Assembly (NCBI RefSeq): GCF_006345805.1
Contig: NW_021832866.1
Span: forward strand, 1-64,000
DNA length: 64,000 nt
Source: Octopus sinensis
Lineage: Eukaryota
Direction of reading: 5' to 3'
Below are positions 62,079 through 64,000 of the stretch, one piece after another. Every line of letters begins with the position of its first letter. Position 1 is the stretch's first letter. Under the pieces are notes generated by a model, which was not told the DNA's origin, made no database searches, and saw only the letters and a list, made by a program, of their open reading frames with translations. A program made the position numbers and the translations under genes.

Positions 62079-64000
62079 TATTTTTTTATTTATTAAATAT
62101 ATGTAACTATCAAAAAGTATTAAAAAGTTTAATATAAGATATATTACATATATATCCATAATTACTGGATTGGCTGTCTTGGTTATTTTAAATCTAAATT
62201 TAAATGTCCAAAATCTTCAGGGATTTCTAAGGACCTGTTCTTAATTTGAACCAAATGAAAAATAAATCTCCACCTGGGTATGGTACCAAATATTACAGGT
62301 GACATTGGTGAGACAATATTGACTACCAACTTGATGTTATTGTTGCTTTAACCCCTCCATTCTTTTAGATATTGGTTTACCACCAAATTTGGTTAACTCA
62401 TTCTTTTTTCATGTCTCCAGGTATCTGTGGCAGAACTTATGAAGAACTTATCTTCCAAGAACCCCAATTATATCCGGTGTATCAAGGTACGTTTTTCTAG
62501 ACCTAAGATCAAATGTGTTCCAGCTTTTACCATCCAATAGATTTAGGTAGTGAATTAGTAGAGTGGGTAGAACATTGGATAGACTGCTCTGCAGCATTGG
62601 TCTGAATTTTGGTTCTCTGCTTTGTAAGTTCAAATCCCAGTGAGGTCAACTTTGTGGAATGGTAGAAATATATGAGTCTTTCAGATGTCTTAGGGTTTCC
62701 ATTCTGGTTTGTTATGCTCTGAGTTAAAATTCGGACTGCATTCTAATGGTCAAAGTTAAATAACCTGATTGTGGAAACCCCTTGTCAAACAAAAGCTGGT
62801 CAGTGTGGACGAGCAGGCCCAAAGTGGGATGTTGAGAGATTATGTTCAGCAGTAAATAGGCAATGCGACAGAATATATATCAAAGACAATGCATCCATTT
62901 TAAAATGTGATGATGTGTGATTTGAGAGAGATGAGGGCCATTGTTTTTAGACAGTCAAATAACTATATGAAGACTACATTTTGCACTTATTTCAAGGTGG
63001 GTTATTGTCAGGGAGGGCAGACTGAATGACCTCTGACCCTCAGTGTATGGGGAAATAGGGATAAGGCAAAAAAGGTTAGCAAACTGAATGTGCCTTTGTT
63101 GTGGATTAAAGGTCAGTTATTGAGTTAAGGAAACATTTTTATATACTTTAATTTAGCAATATTTAATTTATGCATTTGATTTTTAAATTTCAAGTGGGAT
63201 AATTTTTCCTGTTTTTTGACATAATTTTTGAGAGTGGTCAGGTCCATTTTTAGTATTCTAGTTTGTTAGAGCAGTCGAGTTTATTTCAGATATTCTCATT
63301 TTAAAAACCCTGACTAATCGTTGAGAGGACACTGGTGTTGCTTTGGCAGAAGTTTGCACTCTCTGAGTGCTCTTATTATTATTATTATTATTATTATTAT
63401 TGTTTTTGTTGTTGTTCCAGCCCAATGATTTCAAGAAACCTATAGCATTTGATGAAGATCTAGTCCGGCATCAGGTTCGCTACTTAGGGTAAGTAACTTG
63501 TTGATTGGCTCACCTGTCTTGTGATGCTCTGAGTTTTCAGCACTCACAAGTCCATACATCACCAAATATACACATTCACAAGCAACATATCTATCACTAA
63601 CACTCATCTATTCACATTTATGCAAATGCATGAATCTACGACCTGGCTTAGAGGGTATTGCCAAAGACATGGCTAGAGGCCCAACCTTACAAGTTCTTTT
63701 ACAGGGGTTGGAAAAACTGAAGAACCACTGCAATAAGTGAGTGAATCTGAGAGGGGAATATCCTGAATAAAATCACATAATTAACTGATCCTCCTGTATT
63801 TTCTTTTTGCCAAAACCAGGAACTTTTCAGTATCCCCTTATAAGATTCTACCCATCCTAAATACTTATAAAGACAATCACAAACCCTTCCACTCTCATCC
63901 TTTCAGATACCCCACTCGTATTTATTAATAGCTGGTTTAATATTTATCTATTACAGGCTAATGGAGAATGTTCAGGTGAGACGTGCTGGATATGCATTTC
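8690..64000 (+). CDS. MYO1B: Class I unconventional myosin heavy chain (MYO1A/MYO1B subclass), motor domain; 18 spliced coding exons, incomplete at both ends
   Basis: Manual splicing of 18 GT-AG exons with compatible phases gives one ORF. It contains [147 protein letters not shown] and VRRAGYAF. These closely resemble vertebrate MYO1A/B as I recall them. The paralog name is by similarity only. Confidence 0.95.
9480..9990 (-). mobile_element. Possible decayed Penelope-like ORF fragment
   Basis: Non-simple 102-aa ORF followed by a KQPNARQIL-like segment; only impressionistic similarity. Confidence 0.25.
12040..12270 (+). mobile_element. SINE family A
   Basis: ggcgagctggcagaaacgttagc...gtgggcaataaagaaata. 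Confidence 0.85.
12575..13020 (+). mobile_element. SINE family A multimer (repeated head plus tail-to-internal dimer junction)
   Basis: Heads near 12575 and 12632; junction aaagaaata|ggtatttcgtctg at about 12857. Confidence 0.75.
14667..15140. repeat. Degenerate five-unit tandem array (spacings 119, 88, 90, 119 bp)
   Basis: Recurrent agaggactctttggtc...gctggtgccacaaatatacacacccag at 14667, 14786, 14874, 14964, 15083. Confidence 0.75.
15425..15600 (+). mobile_element. Penelope-like short element carrying a hammerhead-like motif
   Basis: ctttCTGTAGAAGAGCatagGCTCGAAACATtaaag; relatives at 37690-37850 and 49205-49914. Confidence 0.65.
16534..17270. repeat. (GTA/GTG)n degenerate trinucleotide tract with an 87-bp internal duplication
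   Basis: gatgtggtggtagtgatggtggttgaggtattcgtggtcgtt at 16681 and 16768. Confidence 0.9.
18615..18820 (+). mobile_element. RTE-tail repeat (aagggcatccagcc...(GAT)n)
   Basis: Same tail at 31447-31592, 33678-33972(-), 41030-41400, 41490-41870, 42740-43180. Confidence 0.7.
21565..22349 (+). mobile_element. SINE family A with four tandem 184-bp body units, flanked by 11-bp TSD GGTTGGAAGGC
   Basis: Units start at 21614, 21798, 21982, 22166; TSD at 21554-21564 and 22350-22360. Confidence 0.92.
26170..26465 (+). mobile_element. tRNA-headed SINE with V-SINE/MetaSINE-like core
   Basis: A/B-box-like head (tggcttagtgg...gggtttgaatctc) and core gacggactggcatcccattcagg; relative at 46670-46930(-). Confidence 0.65.
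28206..28429. mobile_element. piggyBac-like MITE
   Basis: TTAA-CCTTTTGGCA...TGCTAAAGGG-TTAA; copies at 30310-30537 and 58782-58977. Confidence 0.7.
28452..28707 (-). mobile_element. CR1/L2-type LINE 3' end (short copy)
   Basis: Near-identical to 39338-39590; encodes ...[21 protein letters not shown]. Confidence 0.8.
30310..30537. mobile_element. piggyBac-like MITE
   Basis: TTAACCCTTTAGCA...TGCTAAAGGGTCAA. Confidence 0.7.
33483..34475 (-). mobile_element. pogo/Tigger transposase 3' remnant, interrupted by an RTE-tail insertion (33678-33972)
   Basis: Minus-strand frames give [22 protein letters not shown], an acidic tail [41 protein letters not shown] and C-terminal KQRTLDKFF; CAG-initiated TIR-like end at 33483. 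Confidence 0.65.
34476..35058 (+). mobile_element. mariner transposase 3' half remnant
   Basis: Frameshifted [50 protein letters not shown] (YSPDLAPxD motif), CWDWC..AQGNYF; TIR-like end agtccaggaacttttggatgcttgta. Confidence 0.85.
35261..35307 (+). CDS. MYO1B: myosin-I exon (A)[15 protein letters not shown] (switch I)
   Basis: tcttgcag|CTTTT...AGATTT|gtaagt; 47 nt. Confidence 0.97.
35450..35866 (-). mobile_element. Tc1/mariner-superfamily (rosa/DD41D-like) internally deleted remnant
   Basis: Minus strand: [21 protein letters not shown]...[11 protein letters not shown]...[21 protein letters not shown]; TIR-like tacgaggtgtcccaaaagtc at the right end. The subfamily is a tentative call. Confidence 0.7.
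37337..37400 (+). CDS. MYO1B: myosin-I exon [21 protein letters not shown]
   Basis: ttttcag|GGGAAA...AAATT|gtaaga; 64 nt. Confidence 0.97.
37887..38190 (+). mobile_element. tRNA-headed SINE family C
   Basis: ggaggcgcaatggtccagtggttagggcagcggactcgc head with A/B-box-like motifs. Confidence 0.85.
39338..39815 (-). mobile_element. CR1/L2-type LINE 3' end (ORF2 C-terminus and ATT tail)
   Basis: ORF 39387..39815: [20 protein letters not shown]...[19 protein letters not shown], the typical CR1-group post-RT motif. Confidence 0.88.
39923..39936 (+). CDS. MYO1B: myosin-I 14-nt microexon (Y)LLEK
   Basis: tttttctctttcactag|ATTTACTTGAAAAG|gtatgt; supplies the conserved YLLEK and the phase 1 to 0 change required by its neighbours. 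Confidence 0.92.
40494..40798 (-). mobile_element. SINE family C, antisense copy
   Basis: Reverse complement matches 37887-38077 and 51613-51990. Confidence 0.85.
41030..43180 (+). mobile_element. Three RTE-tail repeats with internal gtggcacgtaaaagcacc minisatellite (41030-41400, 41490-41870, 42740-43180)
   Basis: Each ends aagggcatccag...ccaacccatgctagc...gttaaacgatgatgat. Confidence 0.75.
43461..43545 (+). CDS. MYO1B: myosin-I exon [28 protein letters not shown]
   Basis: cttctag|TCACGA...TTAA|gtaagt; 85 nt. Confidence 0.96.
44040..44375. mobile_element. Penelope-like terminal repeat remnant in inverted arrangement
   Basis: agaaaaaccactatt.. versus aatagtggtttttctctaat..; right part is the reverse complement of the 61403-61500 type sequence; includes half hammerhead GAAAC-GTAC-GTA (-). 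Confidence 0.6.
44523..44629 (+). CDS. MYO1B: myosin-I exon (K)[35 protein letters not shown]
   Basis: aaatttag|AATCT...GTCAAG|gtaggt; 107 nt. Confidence 0.93.
45181..45328 (+). CDS. MYO1B: myosin-I exon NGMEVIGF...VLKLGNLEF...VNEY
   Basis: catttcag|AATGGA...TATG|gtaagt; 148 nt. Confidence 0.95.
45559..45895. repeat. Composite cagatctggtacagatgtgaga repeat with 126-bp period
   Basis: gatctggtac at 45559, 45685, 45811; second near-identical copy at 48186-48448. Confidence 0.88.
46075..46304 (+). mobile_element. SINE family A nested in an antisense RTE tail, TSD GATTGACAGG
   Basis: TSD at 46065-46074 and 46305-46314. Confidence 0.9.
47074..47192 (+). CDS. MYO1B: myosin-I exon (E)[39 protein letters not shown]
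   Basis: cttgcag|AGGCC...GCTGAT|gtaagt; 119 nt. Confidence 0.95.
47911..47997 (+). CDS. MYO1B: myosin-I exon [29 protein letters not shown]
   Basis: ccttacag|TCCGCC...ATAAGG|gtaagt; 87 nt. Confidence 0.97.
48186..48448. repeat. Second copy of the composite cagatct repeat
   Basis: Shares gatatggtacagatacaaaatagatcaaacacagatg and gagaaatctaatgcagatgtaaga with 45559-45895. Confidence 0.85.
49205..49914. mobile_element. Three copies (-,-,+) of the hammerhead-like Penelope-type element; the last two form an inverted repeat
   Basis: Arms about 49534-49690 and 49755-49914; the opposite-strand ORFs share [13 protein letters not shown]. Confidence 0.8.
50805..51440 (-). mobile_element. SINE family B interrupted by a SINE family A copy (50991-51216, +) with TSD GATATTGGGG
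   Basis: TSD starts at 50980 and 51217; family B sequence resumes in register. Confidence 0.88.
51611..51994 (+). mobile_element. Full-length SINE family C with 11-bp TSD ATATTAGTAAA
   Basis: TSD at 51600-51610 and 51995-52005. Confidence 0.9.
52300..52560 (+). mobile_element. Decayed RTE ORF C-terminal fragment
   Basis: ...[24 protein letters not shown] resembles the RTE terminal W.EVV..DL..L.L..EMT.DR..WR motif. Confidence 0.55.
53098..53163 (+). CDS. MYO1B: myosin-I exon [22 protein letters not shown] (switch II)
   Basis: gtttcag|GTGAAG...TTTGAG|gtgagt; 66 nt. Confidence 0.97.
54405..54509 (+). CDS. MYO1B: myosin-I exon [35 protein letters not shown] (relay helix)
   Basis: ttcacag|AACAAT...AAGGAG|gtaaga; 105 nt. 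Confidence 0.98.
55763..55825 (+). CDS. MYO1B: myosin-I exon [21 protein letters not shown]
   Basis: ttttttcag|GGAATT...GAAAAG|gtaggt; 63 nt. Confidence 0.97.
57660..57860 (+). mobile_element. Penelope-like short element with hammerhead-like motif, immediately upstream of a myosin exon
   Basis: gtttACGACGAAGAGCtccGCTCGAAACGTtaaac at 57732-57766. Confidence 0.6.
57899..58093 (+). CDS. MYO1B: myosin-I exon [21 protein letters not shown]...FRLKHYAGA
   Basis: gtttcag|AACAAT...GGCGCA|gtaagt; 195 nt. Confidence 0.98.
58782..58977. mobile_element. piggyBac-like MITE (opposite orientation)
   Basis: TTAACTCTTTAGCA...TGTTAAAGGATTAA. Confidence 0.6.
59672..59786 (+). CDS. MYO1B: myosin-I exon [38 protein letters not shown]
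   Basis: ccatcag|GTAACC...GAAG|gtaagc; 115 nt. Confidence 0.97.
60909..60964 (+). CDS. MYO1B: myosin-I exon (G)[18 protein letters not shown] (loop 2)
   Basis: ttgatag|GAAAT...TTCAAA|gtaagt; 56 nt. Confidence 0.96.
61260..61930. mobile_element. Penelope-like terminal repeats in direct-inverted-direct arrangement
   Basis: Unit taatattagggagt...ccaaacttacagggaaaaattaga...gagataaaaccactatt at about 61403 and 61773; inverted partial at 61681-61770; half hammerhead GAAAC-AGCT-GTC (-) near 61352-61364. Confidence 0.65.
62421..62486 (+). CDS. MYO1B: myosin-I exon [22 protein letters not shown]
   Basis: tctccag|GTATCT...ATCAAG|gtacgt; 66 nt. Confidence 0.97.
63421..63488 (+). CDS. MYO1B: myosin-I exon [22 protein letters not shown](G)
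   Basis: gttccag|CCCAAT...TTAGG|gtaagt; 68 nt. Confidence 0.97.
63650..63840 (+). mobile_element. mariner 3' terminal remnant
   Basis: [21 protein letters not shown] resembles the mariner C-terminus GI.KL..RW.KCV...GEY.E*, followed by TIR-like caggaacttttcagtatcccctta. Confidence 0.5.
63957..64000 (+). CDS. MYO1B: myosin-I exon (G)[14 protein letters not shown]..., truncated by window end
   Basis: attacag|GCTAATGGAG...; SH1-helix motif. Confidence 0.95.

Noticed and set aside
63973-63981. CAG|GTGAGA as a 5' splice site
   Set aside because: The downstream bases encode the conserved VRRAGYAF in frame, so they are exonic. Cryptic use cannot be excluded without RNA data.

Overview
Eukaryotic, intron-dominated DNA. 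The very dense (TA)n/(CA)n/(ATT)n/(GGT)n microsatellites and recurring tRNA-headed SINEs look like an Octopus (coleoid cephalopod) genome; that is an inference from repeat content. One gene is supported. It is a + strand class I unconventional myosin (MYO1A/MYO1B-like). I reconstructed 18 GT-AG coding exons (8690-64000, 1554 nt, about 518 aa) that join in one uninterrupted frame, from just after the P-loop (EASK...) to the SH1 helix ([12 protein letters not shown]). The gene is open at both window ends and includes a 26.5 kb intron and a 14-nt microexon. Introns contain several SINE families, RTE and CR1 LINE ends, Penelope-like terminal remnants, Tigger, mariner and rosa-type transposase relics, piggyBac-like MITEs and minisatellites. 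Almost all listed ORFs are microsatellite or repeat artefacts. The best leads are: (1) minimal hammerhead-ribozyme-like motifs with covarying stems and a non-canonical core, one about 130 nt upstream of an exon; (2) the frame-critical 14-nt microexon bracketed by an inverted SINE pair; (3) a genomic CAG (Gln) at a normally Arg position that A-to-I editing would restore; (4) several long intronic hairpins; (5) a SINE tetramer inside a single target-site duplication.
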